This document shows, piece after piece, positions 37,097 to 45,933 of a stretch of 64,000 nucleotides of DNA. Every line of letters starts with the position of its first letter. The first letter of the stretch is position 1. A program made the position numbers and the translations under genes. Source of the stretch: Minisyncoccota bacterium (GTDB taxonomy: Bacteria; Patescibacteriota; Minisyncoccia; Phycocordibacterales; UBA2100); assembly GCA_043780835.1 (NCBI GenBank), contig JAYWCB010000002.1, positions 27,466 to 91,465 of the forward strand. The letters are read 5' to 3'. Below the pieces are notes generated by a model. The model did no database searches and was not told where the DNA came from. It was given only the letters and a program-made list of their open reading frames with translations.

Positions 37097-37130
37097 AAAA
37101 GGCCCGGATCACTCCGGGCCTTTTTGTTTT
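37097..37130. terminator. Bidirectional terminator (aaaaggcccgga-tcact-ccgggcctttttgtttt)
   Basis: Perfect 8-bp GC stem with T-tract, between 36634-36957(+) and the hydrolase(-). Confidence 0.55.
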
Positions 37131-37134
37131 CAAA

Positions 37135-37803
37135 TCAGTCCGTCTGAAGAAAATGACGGACGGCGTGAAGAAATTCCCCTTTCTTATCCCGAAACACAAA
37201 GTGTCCTCTGTGCGGTATGACCACACACTGTGCATTTGGAATACGCGTAGCCATGTGTTTCCCGTAGTGTGCCGGCGCGAGCGCGTCTGCGCTCGCATAC
37301 ACAAACAGAACGCTACTGCGTATCTTCGAAAAAAGACTACTGTCTCCTCGAGTGTGAGCGGCAAGATAACGCTTACGATGGAATATGTGCGCCAACGCGA
37401 TGCATGCGAAGCGAAACAGAGAGTGCTCGCCGATAGGGCCCATCGATATGAGCACGATTTTCTTGATGGGAAATCGTGACGCATACGTCAGTGCAATTCG
37501 TGCGCCAAAGGAGTGTCCGATGATTGCACACGGCGCCACCTGGAGCGTTACCGCAAATTTGTTTACAAAATCCGCGTACGTTTCCACCGTCCACGCTGCT
37601 TGTGGAGTATCGCTCTCTCCGAACCCGGGAAGATCGAGTATATAGAGGGTGAAATGCTCTCCAAGCACTGATGCAGAGCTGCTCCAGGTTTTTCCGGCCT
37701 GAGCCCAACCATGCAAAAGAATAACTGCGGGACCGGAACCAATCTGCTCGTACGCGCATACTACGCCGTCTACTTCGACCGTACCGCGAGTCATACATCG
37801 CAT
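37135..37803 (-). CDS. Alpha/beta-fold hydrolase
   Basis: VILLHGWAQAGKTW, nucleophile elbow IIGHSFGARIAL, C-terminal His region. Confidence 0.7.
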   Translation of the reverse strand: MRCMTRGTVEVDGVVCAYEQIGSGPAVILLHGWAQAGKTWSSSASVLGEHFTLYILDLPGFGESDTPQAAWTVETYADFVNKFAVTLQVAPCAIIGHSFGARIALTYASRFPIKKIVLISMGPIGEHSLFRFACIALAHIFHRKRYLAAHTRGDSSLFSKIRSSVLFVYASADALAPAHYGKHMATRIPNAQCVVIPHRGHFVFRDKKGEFLHAVRHFLQTD

Positions 37804-37867
37804 CGTATCTTGTCATCTCACAAACAAAAACACTGCCATGCGGCAGTGTTTTTGTTTTGAATCTGTT

Positions 37868-38710
37868 TTACTTGCGCTTGCCAACCTTTCGGCGGGTGAC
37901 CACGAAGACGTTTGAGTACTTCTTTGGTGAGCGAGTCTTTTGACCCTTGCCTGATGGCTTGCCCCACATGGTGCGCTGACGTCGGTGACCGCGACCCTGC
38001 TTTCCTTCTCCGCCGCCGTGTGGGTGATCTACCGGGTTCATGACCGTTCCGCGAACCGTTGGGCGGATGCCCATCCATCGGGAGCGACCTGCTTTACCAA
38101 TGACCACGAGGCGATGTTCGTCATTTGAGACTTCTCCAATGCATGCCCATGCGGTTGAGATCACGCGACGTACTTCGGTTGATGGCATTTTGAGGTGTGT
38201 GTAGCCTGCATCTTGCGCAACCACTTCTGCGTAGTTACCTGCTGAGCGTGCGATTGCGGCTTTCATACCCGGTTGAATCGACACGTTGTACACGAATGTG
38301 CCGACCGGCATTTTACCTAACGGGAGACGATTGCCCGGTTTGAGCGGTGCGGTTTCAGAGACGATGAACACGTCGTCGACTTTTACCGACTTCGGCAAAA
38401 CTACGTATCGCTTTTCGCCGTCACGATAGACCGCGAGACCGATGAACGCAGAGCGGTTCGGATCGTATTCAATGGTCTTGATCGTCGCCTCGATGTTCTG
38501 TTTGTCGAAAACGAAGTCCACATTGCGGTACTTGCGCTTGTGACCGCCGCCATGATGACGAGTCGTGATGCGACCGAATGAGTTTCGGCCACCGGTTGAG
38601 CGCTTTCCCTTCAAAAGCGACTTTGTCGGCTTGTGACCGGAAAGTACTTTATTGTATTCAATGCGCGTCATGCCGCGCGTTCCTGGTGTGACTGGTTTAA
38701 GGTGTTTCAT
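37868..38710 (-). CDS. rplB: 50S ribosomal protein L2
   Basis: MKHLKPVTPGTRGMT...GRNSFGRITTRHHGGGHKRKYR. Confidence 0.9.
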   Translation of the reverse strand: MKHLKPVTPGTRGMTRIEYNKVLSGHKPTKSLLKGKRSTGGRNSFGRITTRHHGGGHKRKYRNVDFVFDKQNIEATIKTIEYDPNRSAFIGLAVYRDGEKRYVVLPKSVKVDDVFIVSETAPLKPGNRLPLGKMPVGTFVYNVSIQPGMKAAIARSAGNYAEVVAQDAGYTHLKMPSTEVRRVISTAWACIGEVSNDEHRLVVIGKAGRSRWMGIRPTVRGTVMNPVDHPHGGGEGKQGRGHRRQRTMWGKPSGKGQKTRSPKKYSNVFVVTRRKVGKRK

Positions 38711-38715
38711 ATAGT

Positions 38716-39078
38716 TTAGAACGTGATCGTATCGCTCGACTTGAGATAGACGTATGCTTTTTTGCCACCGCCCTTCATACCGGACTTTCCGGTGCGTGCA
38801 TGCCGAACTGACTTCATTGGAACCGTAACCATGCGAACGCTTCGCGGAGTTACCTTGTAAAGCTGGTAGACCGCACGGATCACGTCGCGCTTCGTGGCGC
38901 GGGTTGCAACATCGAAGGTATACACCTTTGCGTCTGCATGCATCGTCGCCTTTTCGGTGATGCGGGCATGCATCAACACGTGCGAGAGATCGCGTTGACC
39001 TGCTGAAACAGATTCAGTTGCTTTAACGGGTGCATCCGCTTTCTTAGCTGCTTTTTTCTTAGTTGAGAAGAGTGCCAT
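38716..39078 (-). CDS. rplW: 50S ribosomal protein L23 (N-terminal extension)
   Basis: VLMHARITEKATMHADAKVYTFDVATRATKRDVIRAVYQLYKV. Confidence 0.85.
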   Translation of the reverse strand: MALFSTKKKAAKKADAPVKATESVSAGQRDLSHVLMHARITEKATMHADAKVYTFDVATRATKRDVIRAVYQLYKVTPRSVRMVTVPMKSVRHARTGKSGMKGGGKKAYVYLKSSDTITF

Positions 39079-39087
39079 ACGCGATTA

Positions 39088-39804
39088 TTATTTTTCTGAT
39101 GTGTCAGAGGTATCTGCCTTGTTCTTTTTTGCACCGCTCTTGCTTCCGCGTTTTGCGATTGCAGGAACGGAAAGATCAGGGTTTTCGATGACGATGTACT
39201 TATATTTGAGCACATTGACCGGATTTAAGTTCGAAACCTGTTCAAACGTAACGGAGCCGATGTTGCGGAAGCTTTTTTCTGCAGCCTCGGATTTTACCGG
39301 CGTCGCAATGAGGGCGAGGTTGTGCTTTTTTGTGCCCAACAGTTTTTCAAACCCTTTTACACTCGCAAGTGCGATGAGTACCTTCTTTGCGTCTGCAGTT
39401 TTCGGTGCTGAGAAGCCGAACGAGTCCACAAACAGGAGTTCTCCGTCGCGCATTTTGCGTGAGAGTGCTACGAAAAGTGCCTTTGCACGCATCTTCTTCG
39501 GGATTTCGCGAGAATAGACCTTTTCGTTGCGCGGACCGTGAGTTACACCGCCGCCTTTCCAGATTGGAGAGCGAGTGGAACCGTGACGGGCGCGACCAGT
39601 ACCCTTCTGAGCCCACGGCTTTTTGCCACCGCCGCGTACCTCACCACGGGTCTTGGTGTGCGCAACATTCGTGCGGGCGTTTGCCTGCATCGATATAACC
39701 ACCTGGTGAATCAGTGCATCGTTCCACGGAAGATCAAATACGTTCTCCGGGAGCTCAACGTTGCCCGCCTTCTTTCCTTTGATATCAAAAATGTCTGTTT
39801 TCAT
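39088..39804 (-). CDS. rplD: 50S ribosomal protein L4 (C-terminal extension)
   Basis: GGGKKPWAQKGTGRARHGSTRSPIWKGGGVTHGP. Start set at MKTDIF. Confidence 0.85.
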   Translation of the reverse strand: MKTDIFDIKGKKAGNVELPENVFDLPWNDALIHQVVISMQANARTNVAHTKTRGEVRGGGKKPWAQKGTGRARHGSTRSPIWKGGGVTHGPRNEKVYSREIPKKMRAKALFVALSRKMRDGELLFVDSFGFSAPKTADAKKVLIALASVKGFEKLLGTKKHNLALIATPVKSEAAEKSFRNIGSVTFEQVSNLNPVNVLKYKYIVIENPDLSVPAIAKRGSKSGAKKNKADTSDTSEK

Positions 39805-39808
39805 AGTG

Positions 39809-40426
39809 TTATGCGCGGATTTCCACGAGTGTTCCCGGTCGGCCAGGAACGGCACCGGAGATAAGAATTTGATTGTTTTCTGCGTCTACCTGCAATACGC
39901 GGAGATTTGAGACTGTAACACGGTCACCGCCCATGCGACCAGCCATGCGCATGCCTTTGACTACACGACCGCCAGCGCGACCGCCGCCGCCGATAGATCC
40001 AGGAGCACGCTCCTTATTTTTCTGACCGTGCGATCGCGGTCCACCCGAGAATCCGTGTCGCTTCACGACTCCTTGAAAGCCCTTACCTTTTGAGATTGCG
40101 GATACTTCCACAACGTCGCCGGGAACAAAAATAGAAAGGTCGATGGTGTCGCCGCGCTTCATTTCACCCGCAAGCATCCGATGTTCACGAATATATCGTG
40201 CATTTGGAAGGTCCTTCAAGTGACCGAGCATTGCTTTACCGAGATTTTTTGGAGCACGTGTACCCATACCCACCTGAACTGCATCGTATCCGTCTTTCTC
40301 CTTTCCCTTTATCTGGGTAACAGTGAGCGGTCCGGCATTAATAACTGTTGCAGCATGCACGACACCCTTCTCGTCGAAGATTTGTGTCATTTTGCCCTTC
40401 GTTCCGAGCATGAATTTGCCTGCCAT
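39809..40426 (-). CDS. rplC: 50S ribosomal protein L3
   Basis: MAGKFMLGTKGKMTQIFDEKGVVHAATVI...GKGFQGVVKRHGFSGGPRSHG. Start set at MAGKF. No rpsJ upstream. Confidence 0.9.
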   Translation of the reverse strand: MAGKFMLGTKGKMTQIFDEKGVVHAATVINAGPLTVTQIKGKEKDGYDAVQVGMGTRAPKNLGKAMLGHLKDLPNARYIREHRMLAGEMKRGDTIDLSIFVPGDVVEVSAISKGKGFQGVVKRHGFSGGPRSHGQKNKERAPGSIGGGGRAGGRVVKGMRMAGRMGGDRVTVSNLRVLQVDAENNQILISGAVPGRPGTLVEIRA

Positions 40427-40592
40427 AATTATTGTGTATTTTGCAAAAAAATTGACCCGCCATAAGCGAGCCGTATCTTCGAAATCGAAGATGATGAGTC
40501 GCCAGTGGTCCCCGACCGGTATGCCGGAGGGACATGGGTGGAGGCAGTATACGGAACTGTCGGGAATTTGCAAATTCCTCACCGAACGAGGA

Positions 40593-41027
40593 TCAGGCGT
40601 GCGTATGAATGGATTCGATGGTGGGATGAATGCCGTGTTTGTGGTGACGATGCAACATCATACTAATGAACAGTATGAGCAGTGCCGAAGTCACACCGAG
40701 TCCGATCGGTATGGTGAAGTCGTTGCCTCCAAACCCGAAAATGGCATTGATTGAGCACAGGAAATCGCAATCAAGCGGTTTTGATCCGTTCGATTTTGCT
40801 TCCGCGGGTCGCCACGTGATGTCGGCTGCAGTAACTCCCTGTTGGGAAGCAGCTTGTGCGAGCGACGCAACCATCGCGTCTACCTGTGCCGCAGGGATGG
40901 ATGACGAGCGTGGATCTTTTAAAATTTCGGCACGAATCGCTTGGGATAGTCCGGTAGATTGCGCACCTGCAGCAAACGGGAGCGCGAGTGCAAGCGTGAG
41001 AATAGTTGCAACGAATGACGCTTTCAT
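40593..41027 (-). CDS. Secreted protein with His-rich C-terminal TM segment (hypothetical)
   Basis: Signal peptide MKASFVATILTLALALPFAAGA. C-terminus ALLILFISMMLHRHHKHGIHP. Confidence 0.35.
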   Translation of the reverse strand: MKASFVATILTLALALPFAAGAQSTGLSQAIRAEILKDPRSSSIPAAQVDAMVASLAQAASQQGVTAADITWRPAEAKSNGSKPLDCDFLCSINAIFGFGGNDFTIPIGLGVTSALLILFISMMLHRHHKHGIHPTIESIHTHA

Positions 41028-41095
41028 ATGAATACAATCAGTATACAGGAGTGTTCGGCGGTCGATTGCATTGATGCGCTTATAGTGTGGATGAA

Positions 41096-41908
41096 TCATT
41101 TCTTACCGATTGCCACCTCAATTTTTGCAAGATTCGACGCGACCGCCGCCTTGAATGCGGCCATACCCGCTGGAGCGGCAGCATATCCGTTGCCCGAATA
41201 CGCGCGTACAAATTGATCTTCAGTAAGTACACTGACCGCTTTTTCGGCGCGACGTGCCCACGTTTCTGCCTCTGTGAATGATTGGGTTTCATACAGCGCG
41301 ACCGCATATTCATTCATGAGCCACGGATTTTCCGGAAATTGCTGCATACCATCTACGAGCATATGCAACGCGCGATCAACGTGACCGCCTTTCAACATGA
41401 CCCATGCATAGTCGTTCATCGCAGACCAATTGAGCGACCCGTGAGGATTTAATCTAAGAAACGTAAGGAAATCACGACCCGCAGCGTCGTATTGTCCCGA
41501 AAATCCGTACGCAAGCGCGCGGATATAAAACGGCTTGTCGAAAGCTTCGCCCTGCAACGCGATTTCTTCATCAGCATAGACCCGTGCCTTTACAAGCTCA
41601 TTACGTAAGAACGCGATGCGTGCCAATTGGTAGTGAGCGCGCGGATACACAGGATCAATGTGCACGGTTTTAGAAAAGAAATATTCAGCGCGCATAAGAT
41701 CCTGGTGATCCGTTGCATCCATGAACTTCATGCCGTAACGAAATCCCCGCTCCCCACTCGGAAATCGCGAGAACGCGATCTTATCGCAGGCATACTCCAT
41801 TTCCCACCGCATTGTGTGCATATGTCCGGATGTTATACCGAACGCTATTATGGCCAGCGAGAGGCCTACTACAGCAGCGAGTTTATACGCCCGTCGTTCA
41901 CGTATCAT
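41096..41908 (-). CDS. N-terminally anchored TPR-repeat protein (paralog of 52035-52817 and 52834-53637)
   Basis: N-terminal TM, TPR-like repeats, conserved ...PENPWLMNEYAVALYE... block shared with the two paralogs. Confidence 0.5.
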   Translation of the reverse strand: MIRERRAYKLAAVVGLSLAIIAFGITSGHMHTMRWEMEYACDKIAFSRFPSGERGFRYGMKFMDATDHQDLMRAEYFFSKTVHIDPVYPRAHYQLARIAFLRNELVKARVYADEEIALQGEAFDKPFYIRALAYGFSGQYDAAGRDFLTFLRLNPHGSLNWSAMNDYAWVMLKGGHVDRALHMLVDGMQQFPENPWLMNEYAVALYETQSFTEAETWARRAEKAVSVLTEDQFVRAYSGNGYAAAPAGMAAFKAAVASNLAKIEVAIGKK

Positions 41909-41911
41909 GTG

Positions 41912-42370
41912 TTACCGCGGTGACGAACCTTGTACGATGGGCAGGTTCTCGACAATCCATTCGTTGGTCCCGCCACCGATGCGTCTCAAATTCAGATACC
42001 CGTGATGCTCGAGATAACCGTAGCCAACACCGGATTCACGTCCGCCTGCACAAATCAGCACGATCGTCTTTCCTTTTTTTGGAAACTGGGAATACCCATC
42101 AAAAAAGCGCGGAAGCGGTACATTGACCGCGCCGAGTGCATGCCCTTTTTCGTATTCGCTTCCTGATCGCACGTCAACAAACATGTACGAATCGGGATGT
42201 GCGAGAAAAGCAGCCTGAAATTCCGTGGGCGAAATATCTTTCGTAGCCGGTTCAATGATATGCAGATTCTGAAGCGGCGTAAGATAGATAATGAGCACAC
42301 TAGCAACAACGCCAATGATAAGAAAAAAGATTGCGATTAACGAAATACGCATATAAGAAAAGTATAGCAA
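41912..42370 (-). CDS. Membrane-anchored rhodanese-domain protein (sulfurtransferase-like); paralog of 53669-54196
   Basis: N-terminal TM. Rhodanese core FVDVRSGSEYEKGHALGAVNVP...IVLICAGGRES (active-site Cys loop CAGGRES). Confidence 0.7.
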   Translation of the reverse strand: MLYFSYMRISLIAIFFLIIGVVASVLIIYLTPLQNLHIIEPATKDISPTEFQAAFLAHPDSYMFVDVRSGSEYEKGHALGAVNVPLPRFFDGYSQFPKKGKTIVLICAGGRESGVGYGYLEHHGYLNLRRIGGGTNEWIVENLPIVQGSSPR

Positions 42371-43045
42371 CTATTTTAAAGTGTCGACGCGATGTATGAG
42401 CGACTGAATATAGTCAATCGCTACGCGCGTGCCGTTCCCCCTATTCCCCTGCACAAGAATGGACTTCCCCGCTCCTTCAATTACAACACCCGGCGTTGCA
42501 TCAACCCCCGCACCTTTGCCCTCAGCAATGTCGTCGTCCACAATCTTTTTCGCAACACCACTTGCAACACAGGTTCGCACGGGGGCGACTGCAATTCCGA
42601 CGGCTTCTGCTGCCGCATATCCCGCATTATCCGACTGCGACGTCGCAACAGGTTGATCAACTTTGAATAAGCGCGATACGTATTTCCAATATGTTTCTTC
42701 CCCATCAATACGCGCGATGCACTCTGCGATCTGCGCTTTCAAATATGCACCAGTATGTTCTTCGCGTGGAAAATTTTTATATATCACAACGATGCCGCCC
42801 CCATATGCAGCGTGAAGTTTTCCATAAGATCTTTCGTGAAAGTCCTTGCAGTGTGGACACTCGTAATCTGTAAATATCGTCAGTGTAATCGGCGCAGCGA
42901 GATTTCCTATCACATGCCGGGCTGCGGTGTGGACTGCCGATTGTGACTCTTGTCTACCGGTGTACACGGTCGTGAACACCAATACCGCAGTGATGACGAC
43001 TCCGATGACCGCTATCAGTGCAGTAATAAAGCGCACCGGTTTCAT
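42371..43045 (-). CDS. Membrane-anchored DsbA-like thiol:disulfide oxidoreductase; paralog of 54201-54899
   Basis: N-terminal TM. Thioredoxin CPHC active site in FTDYECPHCKDFHE. Confidence 0.7.
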   Translation of the reverse strand: MKPVRFITALIAVIGVVITAVLVFTTVYTGRQESQSAVHTAARHVIGNLAAPITLTIFTDYECPHCKDFHERSYGKLHAAYGGGIVVIYKNFPREEHTGAYLKAQIAECIARIDGEETYWKYVSRLFKVDQPVATSQSDNAGYAAAEAVGIAVAPVRTCVASGVAKKIVDDDIAEGKGAGVDATPGVVIEGAGKSILVQGNRGNGTRVAIDYIQSLIHRVDTLK

Positions 43046-43047
43046 GC

Positions 43048-44211
43048 TTATCGATTTGATCCAGTGAAGTCACGAGTCTGCCACCCAAGACGAATAAGCA
43101 ATTTCTTGAAGTTGGGATCTTTTGCCGCGAGCGCTACGAGATAGCGTTTTTTTCCTCGCGCGTCGTCTTTTTCACGCGCAAAATAACGGAACGCACTTGA
43201 ATGTTCATACGCATTGGATGCATACATCGGTGAAAGAATCTTCCTGATGTCAGCAGCGCGCTTTTCTCCGTACACTTGATTCAAAAAGCGTGCATATTGG
43301 AAGCGCGCCAGTCCGTCGTCAGGAGTACCCTTTACAACGGCGTACGAGGCAAGCACTTGAGAGAAGATATGTTCCGTTTTTTCTGGCGTACTTTCACCGA
43401 TCACCGCGAGACTACGCTCTATAGATGCGCGAAGTAACAGAGTCGGCGGTACGAGGTTTGCCGTATTGGGGTCGTCTTTCGAACGCGCGAGATTATGTTC
43501 CGCCGCATCAATACGACGGCGCAATTCTGTCAGGTATTCTTTTTGTTCGGCATCAGAAAGCTTCTGGTCTTTGCCGGTAAATGAGCGTTCAAGTTTGGTT
43601 GCATACCAATCGGCAACATACAGTTCTGAAAATGCGAGCGGATAGAAGTCTGAGGCGTATGCAAAGAGTTCGCGCTGTGTAAGCGACAGATCTTTCGGAT
43701 GGTAGAATGTTGCGAACGGAGGCTGGGAAAATATCTGATCCTCGAACACATTTCCAAATTCCTGCCAAAATCGGCCGATAGTCTGTATCGCGTATGCGCG
43801 CACAATGGGAGTGGCTTGACCGTCGCGTGCAATATTCATGTACAAATCAATTGCACCACCCACATTGCCGCGATCATACTCCGCGAGTCCGATTTTATAT
43901 CGTATTTGATCTTTTTGTTCTTTATCAGGCGCAGTGCCGATTGCCGATTGATAGAGCGCGATTGCGCTCGTTGCATTACCGAGCCGGCGCTGGTTTTCTG
44001 CATCTGCAAATGAGCCATTCCCTTGCATGAGATGCATGTAGGGGTCATTGGTACTGGTGTATTTGCTTTTGCTCGGAAAAATCCCACTCAAAGGAATCCC
44101 CATAAGAGTGAGCACAAGAAAAACCACAACGATAATCGCAAGGATTGCTCCGAGCGCATTTCGAATCGGGTGTTTTCGTACGGTGGTTTCGGGTTTCATG
44201 TATTGAATCAT
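43048..44211 (-). CDS. N-terminally anchored helical-repeat (TPR-like) protein; paralog of 54907-56031
   Basis: N-terminal TM. Shared block IRYKIGLAEYDRGNVGGAIDLYMNIA vs IRFKIALATEESGDFANAIAQYKSIA. Confidence 0.4.
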   Translation of the reverse strand: MIQYMKPETTVRKHPIRNALGAILAIIVVVFLVLTLMGIPLSGIFPSKSKYTSTNDPYMHLMQGNGSFADAENQRRLGNATSAIALYQSAIGTAPDKEQKDQIRYKIGLAEYDRGNVGGAIDLYMNIARDGQATPIVRAYAIQTIGRFWQEFGNVFEDQIFSQPPFATFYHPKDLSLTQRELFAYASDFYPLAFSELYVADWYATKLERSFTGKDQKLSDAEQKEYLTELRRRIDAAEHNLARSKDDPNTANLVPPTLLLRASIERSLAVIGESTPEKTEHIFSQVLASYAVVKGTPDDGLARFQYARFLNQVYGEKRAADIRKILSPMYASNAYEHSSAFRYFAREKDDARGKKRYLVALAAKDPNFKKLLIRLGWQTRDFTGSNR

Positions 44212-44492
44212 CCATCATCTGCGTCACCTGATCCACCTGCATCGCCTCCACAATCATCATCGTCGCCACCGGTTGACACATCGACCACTATCGCCTCTGC
44301 ATGAGCAACGGGCACATCGAGGTGAACTCTATCTGCTATCAAAGCGTGCTCGGGATCGTGAATGGATGTGTGAGGACTGATTGCAAAAAAAAGACCGAGA
44401 AAACTGAAAAAGATTCCGCTCGCCCACGAGACTTGTTTGATCAGACGTTTTGCGCGGCGCTCGATGAATACCATGCATTCATCATATCTCAA
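44208..44492 (-). CDS. Small membrane-anchored peptide with Gly/Asp/Cys-rich C-terminal tail; paralog of 56035-56310
   Basis: Basic N-terminus, TM helix ASGIFFSFLGLFFAISP, conserved VAHAEAIVVDVS, tail TGGDDDDCGGDAGGSGDADDG. First gene of the minus-strand operon. Confidence 0.4.
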   Translation of the reverse strand: MRYDECMVFIERRAKRLIKQVSWASGIFFSFLGLFFAISPHTSIHDPEHALIADRVHLDVPVAHAEAIVVDVSTGGDDDDCGGDAGGSGDADDG

Positions 44493-45930
44493 TTACATGA
44501 AGGAATGGGCACCTGCTGGGGAAAAGGTTTTTCAAGCGAAGACTATCGGCCTGATATACACTACTGCCATGTTTCGTTTCAGGCGCATCGGCGAGTACTA
44601 CAAACGCCTCTTTTCAGTTTCTGAAATTGAAACGACACCGGTGCTGCAATGGATGTGCGGTGTCACACTCCTCTTCTTTTACGCCACCTTCACGCGCTGG
44701 ATTTACAGCGATGAAGCCACGATTGATGCGGTGAATCGCGGCGCCGCATACTGCTGGCCGTATTTTCAAAGCTGTCACGCTCTCTTTTTCCTGCATAGCT
44801 TACCTTACAGCTACGTGCAGATGACCTTTTACATGGGACTGCTTGTCAGTATGTGCGCAACCGTGTACGCAATGTGGAAAAAACGGTGGGCGCTGGTACA
44901 CGCACTCCTCTCGATACTTTTTGCATGGAAGCTGTGGGTGATGTTTGTGCTTTCATACGAGATTTCGGGCAATTACGACTACTACCACGTGTTCCTCACC
45001 TTTTTACTCCTTGTGGTGCCGCATAAAGAGTATTTCCTCAAACTATGCTTCGTGGTTCTCTATTTCCTTTCCGTTACAACAAAATTTCATCAAACGTGGA
45101 TCCTGGGCAGCTACTTTACGTCGCTCCATACCGGTACGCCTCTTTTTCCTGATGCGGTTGCGCCCCTGCTCACCAATACCGTGATCTTTATGCAGGTTAT
45201 CGGCAGTTGGTTTTTAATCAGCAGGAACTGGCCGCTACAACGCCTCTCGCTTACATACTTCACGATATTCCATTTGTATTCGGGGATTCTCGTGCGCTAC
45301 CTCTATCCCTCGATCGCACTTACCGCACTCCTCGTATTGTTTGGGCCCCTCTATCGGTACACGCCACCGCCGCGATCCTTACTCAAAGCGCTGCCGGGAG
45401 CACTGCTCATTCTTACGCAGTTCGCATTTCAGATGCCTGCTCATTTCATAGTCGGTGATCAGAAACTGACGCTCGAGGGTAATAAGTACGGCATGTACAT
45501 GTTCGAAGCGAATCATCAATGTATCGGGCATATGAAATATATTGAGCGACGCGACGGTCCGGTTGCGGAAACGTTTTCTCAGATTCCACCCGGTACACAA
45601 TGTCCGGGAGGGTCGTGTGTGACGAAGCGCCACACATACGCAGACGGAGCGTACACTGTGCGCGAAGAAACATGGGAGTCAGCCGTCGCTTGGAACCGCT
45701 GCGATCCCTATTTGTTCTGGCAGCGGACTCGTCGATTTTGTGAGTTGCCGCGGGCGGTACGGGTCGATATGCAGTTCGACCACTCAATAGACGGCGGGCC
45801 ATTTTATCGCATTATCGATGAGCGAGATATTTGCGGCCTCACCTATCATCCGTTCGTGCACAATAATTGGATTCTGCTTCCACCCGACGCAAAGATCGTC
45901 GGCTATCCCGTCCAAAATATCTTGCGATAA
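44437..45930 (+). CDS. Large polytopic membrane protein with Cys-containing C-terminal soluble domain (possibly HTTM/vitamin-K-carboxylase-like). Start uncertain (maybe 44572).
   Basis: About 8-10 TM helices, then conserved C-domain (ANHQC...QFDHSIDGGPFYRI.DE..IC.L.Y). Paralogous to the next gene. Confidence 0.4.
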   Translation: MIRRFARRSMNTMHSSYLNYMKEWAPAGEKVFQAKTIGLIYTTAMFRFRRIGEYYKRLFSVSEIETTPVLQWMCGVTLLFFYATFTRWIYSDEATIDAVNRGAAYCWPYFQSCHALFFLHSLPYSYVQMTFYMGLLVSMCATVYAMWKKRWALVHALLSILFAWKLWVMFVLSYEISGNYDYYHVFLTFLLLVVPHKEYFLKLCFVVLYFLSVTTKFHQTWILGSYFTSLHTGTPLFPDAVAPLLTNTVIFMQVIGSWFLISRNWPLQRLSLTYFTIFHLYSGILVRYLYPSIALTALLVLFGPLYRYTPPPRSLLKALPGALLILTQFAFQMPAHFIVGDQKLTLEGNKYGMYMFEANHQCIGHMKYIERRDGPVAETFSQIPPGTQCPGGSCVTKRHTYADGAYTVREETWESAVAWNRCDPYLFWQRTRRFCELPRAVRVDMQFDHSIDGGPFYRIIDERDICGLTYHPFVHNNWILLPPDAKIVGYPVQNILR

Positions 45931-45933
45931 GCT

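Noticed and set aside
37818-38078. 86-aa minus-strand ORF overlapping rplB in another frame
   Set aside because: Overlaps the conserved L2 C-terminus. Arg/Pro-rich frame-shadow.
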